Virus record (IMG/VR): IMGVR_UViG_3300027734_000034
Length of the DNA: 64,000 nt
Source of the DNA: a virus
Taxonomy: Duplodnaviria > Heunggongvirae > Uroviricota > Caudoviricetes
Reading direction: 5' to 3' (one strand)
Below the pieces are notes generated by a model. The model was given only the letters and a program-made list of their open reading frames with translations. It was not told where the DNA came from and did not search any database. Below, piece by piece: positions 35,798 through 43,858 of this stretch (positions are counted from its first letter, which is position 1; each line of letters begins with the position of its first letter). A program made the translations under genes and the position numbers.

Positions 35798-35859
35798 AGG
35801 ATCGGTTCAGCAAATTTTATACATTTGACTTTTAATCAAAACCGTAAAAAACGATCCTG
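35798..35859 (+). ncRNA. Family A copy 3, with a Lys(TTT)-like anticodon stem-loop
   Basis: AGGATCG-GTTCAGCAA...TTTGA-CTTTTAA-TCAAA...CGATCCTG. Confidence 0.6.
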
Positions 35860-35863
35860 TTAT

Positions 35864-35938
35864 ATCTCCCTGGTGTTAGCGGCAGCACATCGGTCTCCAA
35901 AACCGCAAGGCAAGGTTCAAATCCTTGGGGGGATGCCA
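35864..35938 (+). tRNA. tRNA-Trp(CCA)
   Basis: Loop CTCCAAA; GCCA. Confidence 0.87.
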
Positions 35939-35948
35939 AAGAATAAAT

Positions 35949-36033
35949 GCCCTGGTGGCGAAATTGGTAGACGCACCAGATTTAGGTTCTGACGCCGAAA
36001 GGCGTGTCGGTTCGAGTCCGACCTAGGGCACCA
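35949..36033 (+). tRNA. tRNA-Leu(TAG)
   Basis: Loop TTTAGGT; variable arm; CCA. Confidence 0.92.
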
Positions 36034-36089
36034 CAAAAACTCGCCTTGACTGATGGCGTATAATGAGATAAGTAATCAGTCACGAATTC

Positions 36090-36163
36090 GGGGGATTAGT
36101 ATAATGGGATTACGGCAGCTTTGCAAGCTGTTTATGAGAGTTCGATTCTCTCATCCTCCACCA
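36090..36163 (+). tRNA. tRNA-Ala(TGC)
   Basis: Loop TTTGCAA; G3-U70; CCA. Confidence 0.9.
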
Positions 36164-36168
36164 AGTTA

Positions 36169-36227
36169 AGGATGCTTCCAGCAAATAAAACAAACTTTTA
36201 TTATCAAAAAAGCAAAACAGCATCCTG
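36169..36227 (+). ncRNA. Family A copy 4
   Basis: AGGATGCT-TCCAGCAA...AGCATCCTG. Confidence 0.6.
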
Positions 36228-36233
36228 TTAAAT

Positions 36234-36310
36234 GCGTGATTAGTTCAGCATGGAAGAACGCTACCCCGACACGGTAGAGGTCAAAAGTTCGAATCTTTTA
36301 TCACGCACCA
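36234..36310 (+). tRNA. tRNA-Val(GAC), C33
   Basis: Stem CTACC/GGTAG, loop CCGACAC; CCA. Confidence 0.82.
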
Positions 36311-36328
36311 AGAACAACATAAATATAT

Positions 36329-36407
36329 AGCGGAGTGGGGGAGTATGGTCGTCCCCGCTAGTCTCATAAGCTAGAGAACGGTGGTTCAAATCCATCCTCC
36401 GCATCCA
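36329..36407 (+). tRNA. tRNA-Met(CAT) with initiator-like 1:72 mismatch
   Basis: Loop CTCATAA; A1/A72 unpaired; lacks the three G-C anticodon-stem pairs. Confidence 0.8.
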
Positions 36408-36412
36408 ATACT

Positions 36413-36649
36413 ATGACAGATTACGTATTAGCTTTTTTAGCAATGTTCCTTACTGATGTTTTTTACACGTACTACCTAAAGGCAGTGCAAGATGAACAAG
36501 CATTAAGAGCAAGTAGCTGGGCAACAATCATATATATTGTTGCAGCCTTTGCAATCATAGAGTATAATACTAATCATCTGTTATTGATTCCAGCAGCACT
36601 TGGTGCGTTTTGCGGCACGTTTGTTGGAATGAAGTTGAGAAAGAAATAA
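36413..36649 (+). CDS. Small membrane protein
   Basis: Three hydrophobic segments; GAFCGTFVGM. Confidence 0.7.
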   Translation: MTDYVLAFLAMFLTDVFYTYYLKAVQDEQALRASSWATIIYIVAAFAIIEYNTNHLLLIPAALGAFCGTFVGMKLRKK

Positions 36650-36709
36650 TTCGGAGTGTGGTCGGAGACTAAAAATCTCAATAATTGTCCTCCGAGCATA
36701 AATAGATGT

Positions 36710-37291
36710 ATGGAACTCATACAATATCAAAATAATGACGGGACTTTTACTAGTCCCAAAAACGGAAAAATATATAAATCATTGAAGGCTTTTAGAGCGC
36801 ATTGGTTTAACAATCCGGCTGGAGCAGGTTTTAAAGGATTAAATCTTATAAAAAAAGATTGTCAATATTGCTCAAGCAAATATGGATTGTCTAATTTAAA
36901 AAGACATGAAGAAAAATGTTATTTGAATCCTAAAAATATAAGAGAATGCTTACATTGTAGTAAACCTATTAAGGATTATGTAGGTTCAAAGGGCACATGT
37001 AGTAGAAGTTGTGCTAACAGCTTTTTTAAAGTAGGTGAGAATAATGGAAATTTCAAAGGTGATTCATATCAATTTCTTTGTTTTTCTAATCATAAAAAAG
37101 AATGTATAGTGTGTGGAGAAAATAAAATTGTTGCGGTTCATCATTACAACGAAAACCACGAGGACAATAGAATTGAAAATTTAGTTCCCTTGTGCCCCAC
37201 ACATCATCAATATATGCATAGTAGATATGCAGAAGAAATTAGACACATAGTTGATAACTATGTAAATACATTTATACTCCGGTTCGCCTAA
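36710..37291 (+). CDS. HNH endonuclease with Zn-finger motifs, free-standing
   Basis: CSRSCAN; CIVCG..VHH...DNRIENLVPLCPTHH; ATG follows an ATAAATA motif; 3' end overlaps tRNA-Pro. Confidence 0.85.
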   Translation: MELIQYQNNDGTFTSPKNGKIYKSLKAFRAHWFNNPAGAGFKGLNLIKKDCQYCSSKYGLSNLKRHEEKCYLNPKNIRECLHCSKPIKDYVGSKGTCSRSCANSFFKVGENNGNFKGDSYQFLCFSNHKKECIVCGENKIVAVHHYNENHEDNRIENLVPLCPTHHQYMHSRYAEEIRHIVDNYVNTFILRFA

Positions 37292-37355
37292 TCTGGTTAT
37301 GGCACTTGCTTTGGGAGCAAGAATAATGTGAGTTCAAATCCCACACTGGAGACCA
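37277..37355 (+). tRNA. tRNA-Pro(TGG)
   Basis: Loop TTTGGGA; CCA. Confidence 0.85.
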
Positions 37356-37371
37356 AGTAAAGGAATATGTT

Positions 37372-37560
37372 ATGAGTAAAGGTAGTAGACCAAGACCATA
37401 TAGTGTTAGTCAAAAAGAATATCTAGATAAGTTTGATGCAATCTTTCGCAAGCCCTCACCTAGAGAGATTGAGGATGCCCAAATAGAGCAAGAAGCATTT
37501 GACAAGATAGAAGAAAAGATGTATACTGCAAAGATAGAAGGAGATAAACAATGCAAGTAA
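37372..37560 (+). CDS. Hypothetical phage protein (MSKGSRPRP..V.......FD.IF)
   Basis: AAGGAA RBS. Confidence 0.65.
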   Translation: MSKGSRPRPYSVSQKEYLDKFDAIFRKPSPREIEDAQIEQEAFDKIEEKMYTAKIEGDKQCK

Positions 37561-37820
37561 GAGCAAAACATATTTTAGTAGAATCATTGAACACCGCAGT
37601 AACTTTAAAAGAAAAGATTGCGATGGGAGAAGATTTTGGTGCATTAGCAAAACTTCATAGCAAGTGTCCGAGTGGACAGAATGGTGGAGATTTGGGAATG
37701 TTTAGTCGTGGACAGATGGTAAAGCCGTTTGAAGATGTTGCGTTTGGTAGTGATGTTGGCCAAGTAAGTGGCCCAGTACAAACACAATTCGGTTATCATT
37801 TGATTCAACGAACAGGATAA
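37551..37820 (+). CDS. ppiC: Parvulin-type peptidyl-prolyl isomerase
   Basis: RAKHILV, LAKLHSKCPSG..GGDLG.F.RGQMVKPFE, TQFGYHLI. Confidence 0.93.
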   Translation: MQVRAKHILVESLNTAVTLKEKIAMGEDFGALAKLHSKCPSGQNGGDLGMFSRGQMVKPFEDVAFGSDVGQVSGPVQTQFGYHLIQRTG

Positions 37821-37827
37821 AAATTTT

Positions 37828-37902
37828 GCCTCGTTAACTCAGCGGTAGAGTAGCGCCTTTACACGGCGAATGTCGGCGGTTCAATCCCGTCACGAGGTAC
37901 CA
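37828..37902 (+). tRNA. tRNA-Val(TAC)
   Basis: Loop TTTACAC; CCA. Confidence 0.92.
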
Positions 37903-37911
37903 GGTTAGTAA

Positions 37912-37985
37912 GCGGGTATGATGTAATGGTAGCTTGTGACCTTGCCAAGGTTAGCGTGAGAGTTCGATTCTCTCTACCCGCTCCA
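37912..37985 (+). tRNA. tRNA-Gly(GCC)
   Basis: Loop TTGCCAA; TCCA. Confidence 0.9.
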
Positions 37986-37995
37986 AAGATAAATT

Positions 37996-38550
37996 ATGGC
38001 ACATCAACAACAATTTGATTTTATTCAAACATTGAAAACAAAATATCCATCACACTTTGCTAATGCAAAGGTGTTAGAGGTAGGTAGTCTCAATATCAAT
38101 GGGTCAATACGACAATTCTTCACTGAGTGTGATTACTTGGGAATTGATGTTGGCCCGGGACTTGATGTTGATTTAGTTTGCGAAGGTCAAAAATTATATC
38201 ATCCAGATGAAACGTATGATACAGTTGGCAGCTGTGAATGTTTTGAACACAATCCATATTGGGTAGAGACATTTGTCAATATGCATAGGATGACTAAACG
38301 TAATGGTCTAGTGTTTATGTCTTGTGCTACAACAGGTAGAGCCGAACACGGTACTACTCGTACTAGTCCACAAGATAGTCCATTGACAGTTACGAATGGT
38401 TGGGAATATTATAAAAACTTAACCGAACAAGATTTTAGAAAACATATTTTTTACATGGATATTGACAAAATGTTTAGTGAATATGAATTTATAGTGGGTG
38501 CGCCGCATCCCGATTTATATTTCTATGGCATTAAAAAGGAGATAGTATGA
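37996..38550 (+). CDS. Class I SAM-dependent methyltransferase
   Basis: VLEVGSLNINGS, YLGID..PG.DVD, ECFEHNP. Confidence 0.85.
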   Translation: MAHQQQFDFIQTLKTKYPSHFANAKVLEVGSLNINGSIRQFFTECDYLGIDVGPGLDVDLVCEGQKLYHPDETYDTVGSCECFEHNPYWVETFVNMHRMTKRNGLVFMSCATTGRAEHGTTRTSPQDSPLTVTNGWEYYKNLTEQDFRKHIFYMDIDKMFSEYEFIVGAPHPDLYFYGIKKEIV

Positions 38551-38765
38551 CTGAAAGCAGAGCAAGATACACTAGCCAAGAGGCTGTAGAGATGATTGGT
38601 AATCGATTTGATATGGTTCTAATCGCTTGCATTAGAGTAAGGGAACTCAAGCGTGGTCATAGGCCTAAACTTGATAATCCTTTAAAGGCAGGACCCACAG
38701 TGGTTGCACTGATGGAAATTGAAAAAGGCCTAGTAGGCCGAGAATATCTTAAACAAGTAAGATAA
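38547..38765 (+). CDS. rpoZ: RNA polymerase omega subunit homologue
   Basis: AR.T..EAVE.IGNRFDMVLIA..R.REL..G....K..VVAL.EI..G. Confidence 0.88.
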   Translation: MTESRARYTSQEAVEMIGNRFDMVLIACIRVRELKRGHRPKLDNPLKAGPTVVALMEIEKGLVGREYLKQVR

Positions 38766-38827
38766 GTTACCCAAAATGTATATACAACAACTGGATGTTG
38801 TTGTATAATACACGTATTGAAGATTAA

Positions 38828-38997
38828 AGGATAGGTTCAGCAACACTATATTACTATAGGCTGATTTACTTTCTCTGTTATTAACTGGAGCCTGAAAGGG
38901 CGTTGAAGGTTGGTAACAATGCGTAAGCAAGGATCGTATTTCTAGAGGAGTTTCGATAAGTCTCCTCAATAAAAACAAAAAGTAGACAACTATCCTG
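38828..38997 (+). ncRNA. Family A copy 5 (large multi-hairpin insert)
   Basis: AGGATAG-GTTCAGCAA...AACTATCCTG; inner hairpins such as GAGGAG/CTCCTC. Confidence 0.6.
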
Positions 38998-39012
38998 TTA
39001 TTTTTTATATTT

Positions 39013-39067
39013 AGGATGCTTCCAGCAAATTTTAAACTTTTATTGAAAAAAAGCAAAAAGCATCCTG
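39013..39067 (+). ncRNA. Family A copy 6, directly upstream of the DUF2828 gene
   Basis: AGGATGCT-TCCAGCAA...AGCATCCTG. Confidence 0.6.
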
Positions 39068-39097
39068 TTGCATAATACACACAGAAAGGAGAAAACT

Positions 39098-40516
39098 ATG
39101 CAATTCGCAAACGCAATTTTAAACCAAGAGGCTCGTACCACTAATGGTATGAAGGCTCGTCAATCAACCGCTAACGCATGTGTTGATTTGTTCTATAACA
39201 TCGGTGCAAGCCGTGGTAAGAACATCATCCCGCAATTCACTGCGGCTTATGTAGAAAATGCAGACCTAGCATTGCGTATCGTCCAATGGGCGCGTGATGT
39301 TCGTGGTGGTGCAGGTGAACGTGAATTGTTCCGTCAAGTCATGTTGCACTTGGAAAAGACTAACCCAGCTGATGCTGTCCGTCTTATGTCTAAGGTGCCA
39401 GAACTTGGTCGTTTTGACGATTTGCTAGTTTTCCAAACCAGCGATATGAAGGCTAATGCCTACACTTTGCTTGGTGACTACTTGCGTCAAAGCAACGGTC
39501 TTGCTGCTAAGTGGACTCCACGTAAGGGCGTGATCGCGGCTGAGATCCGTGACTTCTTCGGTATGACTCCAAAGCAATATCGTAAGACTCTTGTTGGTAT
39601 GACTACTGTCGTTGAAACACAAATGTGTGCAAATGACTGGGATAACATCAACTACAGTCACGTTCCAAGTGTAGCGCATAGTCGTTACAAGAAGGCTTTC
39701 GGTCGTCATGGTACAACTTATGTTGAGTACATCAACAAGTTGGTCAAGGGTGAGGCAGGTGTGAAGATCAATGCTAACGCAATCTTCCCACACGATGTGT
39801 TGAAGGGCCGTATCACTGGATATGGTTCAGCATTAAACTGGTCTAAGACCGAGTTGGATGCAATCGAAGCACAATGGAATGCATTGCCTAACTACGTTGG
39901 TGACGCTAATGTGTTGCCTCTAGTTGACGTTAGTGGCTCTATGACCAGCAAGGCTGGCACAAAGGGTGACACTACTTGCCTAGAAATCGCAGTTAGTTTG
40001 GGATTGTATTTTGCTGATAAGAACAAGGGTAAGTTCAAGGACTGTTTCTTGACTTTCAGCGACAAGCCAAAGTTGATGAACCTCAAGGGGCCTATCAACA
40101 AGAAGATTGACCAAATGGTCAGTTCTGATTGGGGCATGAGTACAAACCTACATGGTGCGTTCACTCAAATCCTTGACACTGCTGTCAAGAACAAGGTTTC
40201 ACAAGCAGAAATGCCTGAGACACTGATGATTTTCTCTGACATGCAATTTAACGCTTGCGTTAGGTATGATGACAGTGCGATGGAAATGATTGCTCGTAAG
40301 TACGCCGAAGCAGGTTACGATTTGCCTAAGGTAGTTTTCTGGAACTTGAATAGTAGCGGAAACGCTCCAGTCAAGTTCGACAAGGGCGGTACCGCTCTCG
40401 TGTCAGGATTCAGTCCAGCAATCGCTGCTAGCGTATTGGGTGCAGACCCAGATGCATTCAGCCCAGAGGCTATCATGCTCAAGGCTGTGATGAACAGTCG
40501 CTACGATTTGATGTAA
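39098..40516 (+). CDS. DUF2828-family protein: helical N-terminus plus C-terminal VWA domain (Ro60/TROVE-like architecture)
   Basis: RDVRGGAGER, AAKWTPR, DVSGSM MIDAS, FSDMQFN, VFWNL, VSGFSP; AAGGAG RBS; strongly biased codon usage. Confidence 0.85.
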   Translation: MQFANAILNQEARTTNGMKARQSTANACVDLFYNIGASRGKNIIPQFTAAYVENADLALRIVQWARDVRGGAGERELFRQVMLHLEKTNPADAVRLMSKVPELGRFDDLLVFQTSDMKANAYTLLGDYLRQSNGLAAKWTPRKGVIAAEIRDFFGMTPKQYRKTLVGMTTVVETQMCANDWDNINYSHVPSVAHSRYKKAFGRHGTTYVEYINKLVKGEAGVKINANAIFPHDVLKGRITGYGSALNWSKTELDAIEAQWNALPNYVGDANVLPLVDVSGSMTSKAGTKGDTTCLEIAVSLGLYFADKNKGKFKDCFLTFSDKPKLMNLKGPINKKIDQMVSSDWGMSTNLHGAFTQILDTAVKNKVSQAEMPETLMIFSDMQFNACVRYDDSAMEMIARKYAEAGYDLPKVVFWNLNSSGNAPVKFDKGGTALVSGFSPAIAASVLGADPDAFSPEAIMLKAVMNSRYDLM

Positions 40517-40531
40517 CAGTCAATGATTCAA

Positions 40532-40557
40532 ACAATGCCCGGTTCGTCCGGGCATTG
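40532..40557 (+). terminator. Strong hairpin after the DUF2828 gene
   Basis: CAATGCCCGG / CCGGGCATTG; weak T tail. Confidence 0.5.
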
Positions 40558-40593
40558 CCATATCTTGACAAATAATGGTGAAGGTGATATAAT

Positions 40594-40908
40594 ATGTCTA
40601 TGCGTAAATTAAGCGAGAACGGAAAAGTAGCAGTATTATACAGCCCTGACTTTGGTGCAGGATGGTACACATGGAATCAAGACCATCCAGAGATATTGTT
40701 CGACCCTGCAATGGTAAAACTTGTAGAGAAGGGACAGTATGATGAATTGGCTACTTATGTAGAATTGAAGTATCCTGGCATATATACAGGTGGATTGAGT
40801 AATTTGCAGGTAGAATGGATAGAAGAAGGTAAAAAATTCCGTGTAGTAGAATACGACGGTGATGAAAGTATACAAGTAGAAGATGATATAGATTGGATGA
40901 TAGCATAA
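40594..40908 (+). CDS. Conserved phage hypothetical protein (VAVLYSP.FGAGW.TWN...EYDG.E)
   Basis: Follows promoter 40565-40593; possibly leaderless from ATG 40600. Confidence 0.8.
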   Translation: MSMRKLSENGKVAVLYSPDFGAGWYTWNQDHPEILFDPAMVKLVEKGQYDELATYVELKYPGIYTGGLSNLQVEWIEEGKKFRVVEYDGDESIQVEDDIDWMIA

Positions 40909-41129
40909 TGTATAAAGTAAAGACAAAAGAACAACAACAAGAATTTTTATCATTAGATTTGGCTATGGAATATGCCAAGCTAATCAATGAGTTCGTAACC
41001 ATCAGTGGTGGCGAGTTTGAGATTGTAGGACGATTCGGTGTCGATAGTGTGATAGATGGAAAGACTCCTGATGGAGTAGCATACACTTGGAACAAGGCAA
41101 GCAGAATCGGCCGAGTAAAAAGGAACTAG
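40908..41129 (+). CDS. Hypothetical protein
   Basis: TAATG coupling; VG.FGVD.V.DG..PDG..Y.W.K. Confidence 0.7.
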   Translation: MYKVKTKEQQQEFLSLDLAMEYAKLINEFVTISGGEFEIVGRFGVDSVIDGKTPDGVAYTWNKASRIGRVKRN

Positions 41130-41132
41130 TAT

Positions 41133-41267
41133 ATGGCTAATAAAAAACAAGGTAATCTGACAGGTCCACCACAGTGGTGGAAGCACTTAAAAGATTGGAA
41201 GCGAGTGTTCTGGAAAACAGAACGACAAGCACAAAAGAAAGATATCTCTAAAAGAGAAAAGGAATAA
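41133..41267 (+). CDS. Small basic protein MANKKQGNLTGPPQWWKHLKDWKRVFWKTERQ... (absent from ORF track)
   Basis: AAGGAA RBS; fills the gap between genes. Confidence 0.65.
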   Translation: MANKKQGNLTGPPQWWKHLKDWKRVFWKTERQAQKKDISKREKE

Positions 41268-41268
41268 T

Positions 41269-41859
41269 ATGCCATCAGTATTTTTAGTTAGTGATACACA
41301 CTTTGGCCATGCTGGAGTATGTAGATTTACAGAGAGTGACGGAGTAACAAAGATTCGCCCATGGACTGATCCAGCGGAGATGGATGAGGAAATGGTCAAA
41401 CGTTGGAACGAAACTGTTAAGCCAACTGATAAAGTATATCACTTAGGTGATGTGGTCATCAACAAAAAAGCATTACCGACGATGGCTCGCTTAAACGGTG
41501 ATAAAGTATTGATCCGTGGTAATCACGATATCTTCCCTGATAGTGAATATCGTAAGTACTTTAGAGAATTACGTGCATACCATGTTATGAATGGAATGAT
41601 CTTAAGTCATATCCCGATTCATACAGAATCGTTAGGTCGCTTTGGTGTCAACATTCACGGACACTTACATTCAGCTAGAGTTATGAAATCTGGAAATGCA
41701 TCTGGAGAGTATGTCACTAAAGTGATTGATCCTAGATATCATTGTGTATGTGTTGAGCAAACTGACTTCAAACCTATCTTATTCGAAGATGTTATCAAAC
41801 GTATCGAAGCCGAAGGTGGTAGTGTTGGATTTCGCAATGGCAATGGGCCAACGATGTAA
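41269..41859 (+). CDS. Calcineurin-like metallophosphoesterase
   Basis: SDTHFGH, HLGDV, GNHD, SH.P, HGHLH. Confidence 0.92.
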   Translation: MPSVFLVSDTHFGHAGVCRFTESDGVTKIRPWTDPAEMDEEMVKRWNETVKPTDKVYHLGDVVINKKALPTMARLNGDKVLIRGNHDIFPDSEYRKYFRELRAYHVMNGMILSHIPIHTESLGRFGVNIHGHLHSARVMKSGNASGEYVTKVIDPRYHCVCVEQTDFKPILFEDVIKRIEAEGGSVGFRNGNGPTM

Positions 41860-41872
41860 TAGTCGCTAAAAG

Positions 41873-41899
41873 AAAATAGGACCTTCGGGTCCTATTTTT
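41873..41899 (+). terminator. Intrinsic terminator
   Basis: AAAATAGGACC-TTCG-GGTCCTATTTTT. Confidence 0.85.
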
Positions 41900-41946
41900 A
41901 TGGTTAAAATTTGTGTTTTTATAATATACGCATAAATAACATTATC

Positions 41947-42405
41947 ATGTTTCAATTCATTACAGACCTATCACACACCTTATTAAGTTTTATCAAAGAC
42001 GATCCTGTTCGTCCTGAGATACCTACAGATTTTAGAGTAAGCGACGGCAGAGTTGTCGCTGCACTAACTGATGAAGAACAACAACCAGAAGCAATGGTTT
42101 GTGTTAGCTTCCATGACTTTGTTCCTGAAGGCATTGAAGATTTGAAGAAAACTGCTCAAGTGCCCACAACGGCAATATTCTATACTATCTGGAGTTACAA
42201 GTCAGGTAAAGGGGCTGAGTTGTTAATTCAAGCGGTCAAAGGGATACAGGAGAAATATCCCAGCGTTACAAGATTTGTCACATTGAGTCCTAAATCTAAT
42301 CTAGCCCGTAGATTCCATCTAAAGAACGGGGCTATTGTTTTCCGTGAAAACATAGACACTACCAACTACGAATACCTGACTGAGATTCCGCTAACTAATA
42401 GTTGA
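41947..42405 (+). CDS. Hypothetical protein, GNAT-like fold
   Basis: DDPVRP...FYTIWSYK.GKG..L...FVTLSP...A..FHLKNGA. Confidence 0.65.
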   Translation: MFQFITDLSHTLLSFIKDDPVRPEIPTDFRVSDGRVVAALTDEEQQPEAMVCVSFHDFVPEGIEDLKKTAQVPTTAIFYTIWSYKSGKGAELLIQAVKGIQEKYPSVTRFVTLSPKSNLARRFHLKNGAIVFRENIDTTNYEYLTEIPLTNS

Positions 42406-42491
42406 AAACTATAGTTGCAACAACTATAGTTGCAAAAATTGATAGTATTCCGTAGCTTGACATTAAATGGAATAGGATGTATAATACATCT

Positions 42492-42833
42492 ATGAACAGT
42501 CAGAAAGCACCCCGTAAGCGCAGAACAGATCGTAATCAGGTCCTGTACTATATCCAAGATGTAGTTACACAGGAAACTTATATCGGTTTGACTGCATTGT
42601 CATACAAAGGTAATGCGTTTCTTACACTACGCCGTCGTATGCAAAAGCATATGCAACGGGCCTTGACTGAGAACAAGAATTGGGGCCTGTCTCGTGCATT
42701 GCGTGAACATGGTGCCGAGCGTTTTGTATTCGGTGTGATTGAGATTGTGCGTGGTAAGCGTCCTGCACATGAGCGTGAGACAGAATTGATTAACACATTG
42801 CAACCAGCATTGAACACTTTTGGAGTTAAGTAA
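42492..42833 (+). CDS. GIY-YIG-like nuclease
   Basis: VLYYI....YIGLT...RR...H...E.ELI....P.LN; ATG 6 nt after a -10 box. Confidence 0.65.
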   Translation: MNSQKAPRKRRTDRNQVLYYIQDVVTQETYIGLTALSYKGNAFLTLRRRMQKHMQRALTENKNWGLSRALREHGAERFVFGVIEIVRGKRPAHERETELINTLQPALNTFGVK

Positions 42834-43027
42834 TGACTATCAATGACGCATACAAATATGCTATGCTTATTCGTAAGCAGGCAAAATTGTATCATAATAT
42901 TCGTTTTGCCGAAGTAGAGGCAAAGATGAAAGAAGAAGGACATCCTGAGGCTGATATCAAGTTAGTTAAGGATTGGATCAATCACTTTGCTAGCGGTAAA
43001 GCAAAACCAAAATGGGTAGAACAATGA
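42833..43027 (+). CDS. Hypothetical protein
   Basis: Coupled ORF in the early operon. Confidence 0.6.
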   Translation: MTINDAYKYAMLIRKQAKLYHNIRFAEVEAKMKEEGHPEADIKLVKDWINHFASGKAKPKWVEQ

Positions 43028-43281
43028 ACCACAGAATGCAAGAACTTTATGATCTGGCTGACAAGTTTGCCAAAGAAAATCGTGTACAAAGCATTGATGC
43101 CCCAGGCAACAACTATTTTGAATTGTTTCACGAAAAGTTTGGTGAGTTGATTGTGCGAGACTGCATAGATGTTGCTAAAAACTGGGATGATCAATTGGTA
43201 AATTCCAATCTTGTTAAAGAATCAAATGCGGTAGGCATTGTGGCATATAGAATTGCACGAAGATTTGGAGTTGAAGAATGA
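43024..43281 (+). CDS. Hypothetical protein
   Basis: ATGA coupling; ends RFGVEE. Confidence 0.65.
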   Translation: MNHRMQELYDLADKFAKENRVQSIDAPGNNYFELFHEKFGELIVRDCIDVAKNWDDQLVNSNLVKESNAVGIVAYRIARRFGVEE

Positions 43282-43565
43282 ACGATTTTATGTATGAACA
43301 ACAACGGGAATCTATCACCGAAGATTGGGGTGATGAAATATCGTTGGCTCTACTTTCAGAAAAATTAAATCTGCCCCGGGTGTCCTACAGGATCTATTAT
43401 TCCAAGGACAACCTAACTCGCAGAATTTTTATCTTTCGTGGCAACTGTACACCAGCTGAGACTGCGATAATGTTAGGTTTGGGATTTACTTTTGCTAGTG
43501 ATGGCGATACAGAAAACATCCCCGATCAACCAGTAGAGGAAGTAGAAGAGGAAGTCAAAGAATGA
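43278..43565 (+). CDS. Hypothetical protein
   Basis: GGAG RBS; coupled. Confidence 0.6.
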   Translation: MNDFMYEQQRESITEDWGDEISLALLSEKLNLPRVSYRIYYSKDNLTRRIFIFRGNCTPAETAIMLGLGFTFASDGDTENIPDQPVEEVEEEVKE

Positions 43566-43858
43566 TTGATTACAAATTCATTGGTTGGAAAAATACTGAT
43601 GGCTCAGACAAGGTGTGGGGTGCCATCTACATGGAAGACAGAACTAAGATCCGTCCTAAAGTATTGATCTTCTGGGGCCGTCGTGGTAAGAAACTGCAAA
43701 CCAAGATGGATCGTGAAGGTTGGGACTTAGATAAATTGGTTCGAGAAAAACAAGGTAAAGGTTATAACACAATTTATGACTATGAACTGAAAACAGTCTA
43801 TCCAGAATTTGAAAGTGATCTGGAAAAGACCACAATGTGGGCACTACTTAAACTATGA
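43562..43858 (+). CDS. WGR-domain-like protein
   Basis: SDKVW...FWGRRG...K..KGY. Confidence 0.6.
   Translation: MIDYKFIGWKNTDGSDKVWGAIYMEDRTKIRPKVLIFWGRRGKKLQTKMDREGWDLDKLVREKQGKGYNTIYDYELKTVYPEFESDLEKTTMWALLKL

Noticed and set aside
28534-35992. Track ORFs overlapping tRNAs (28534, 28726, 29755, 30286, 30290, 32720, 33512, 33670, 35765)
   Set aside because: They run through tRNA or structured-RNA sequence and lack an RBS and protein-like composition.
34496-37291. Group I introns around the endonuclease genes
   Set aside because: No intron core elements are visible, and the downstream tRNAs are complete without splicing.
29026-39067. Family A repeats as a CRISPR array
   Set aside because: The copies are dispersed and differ by compensatory changes, insert lengths vary widely, and no cas genes are present.
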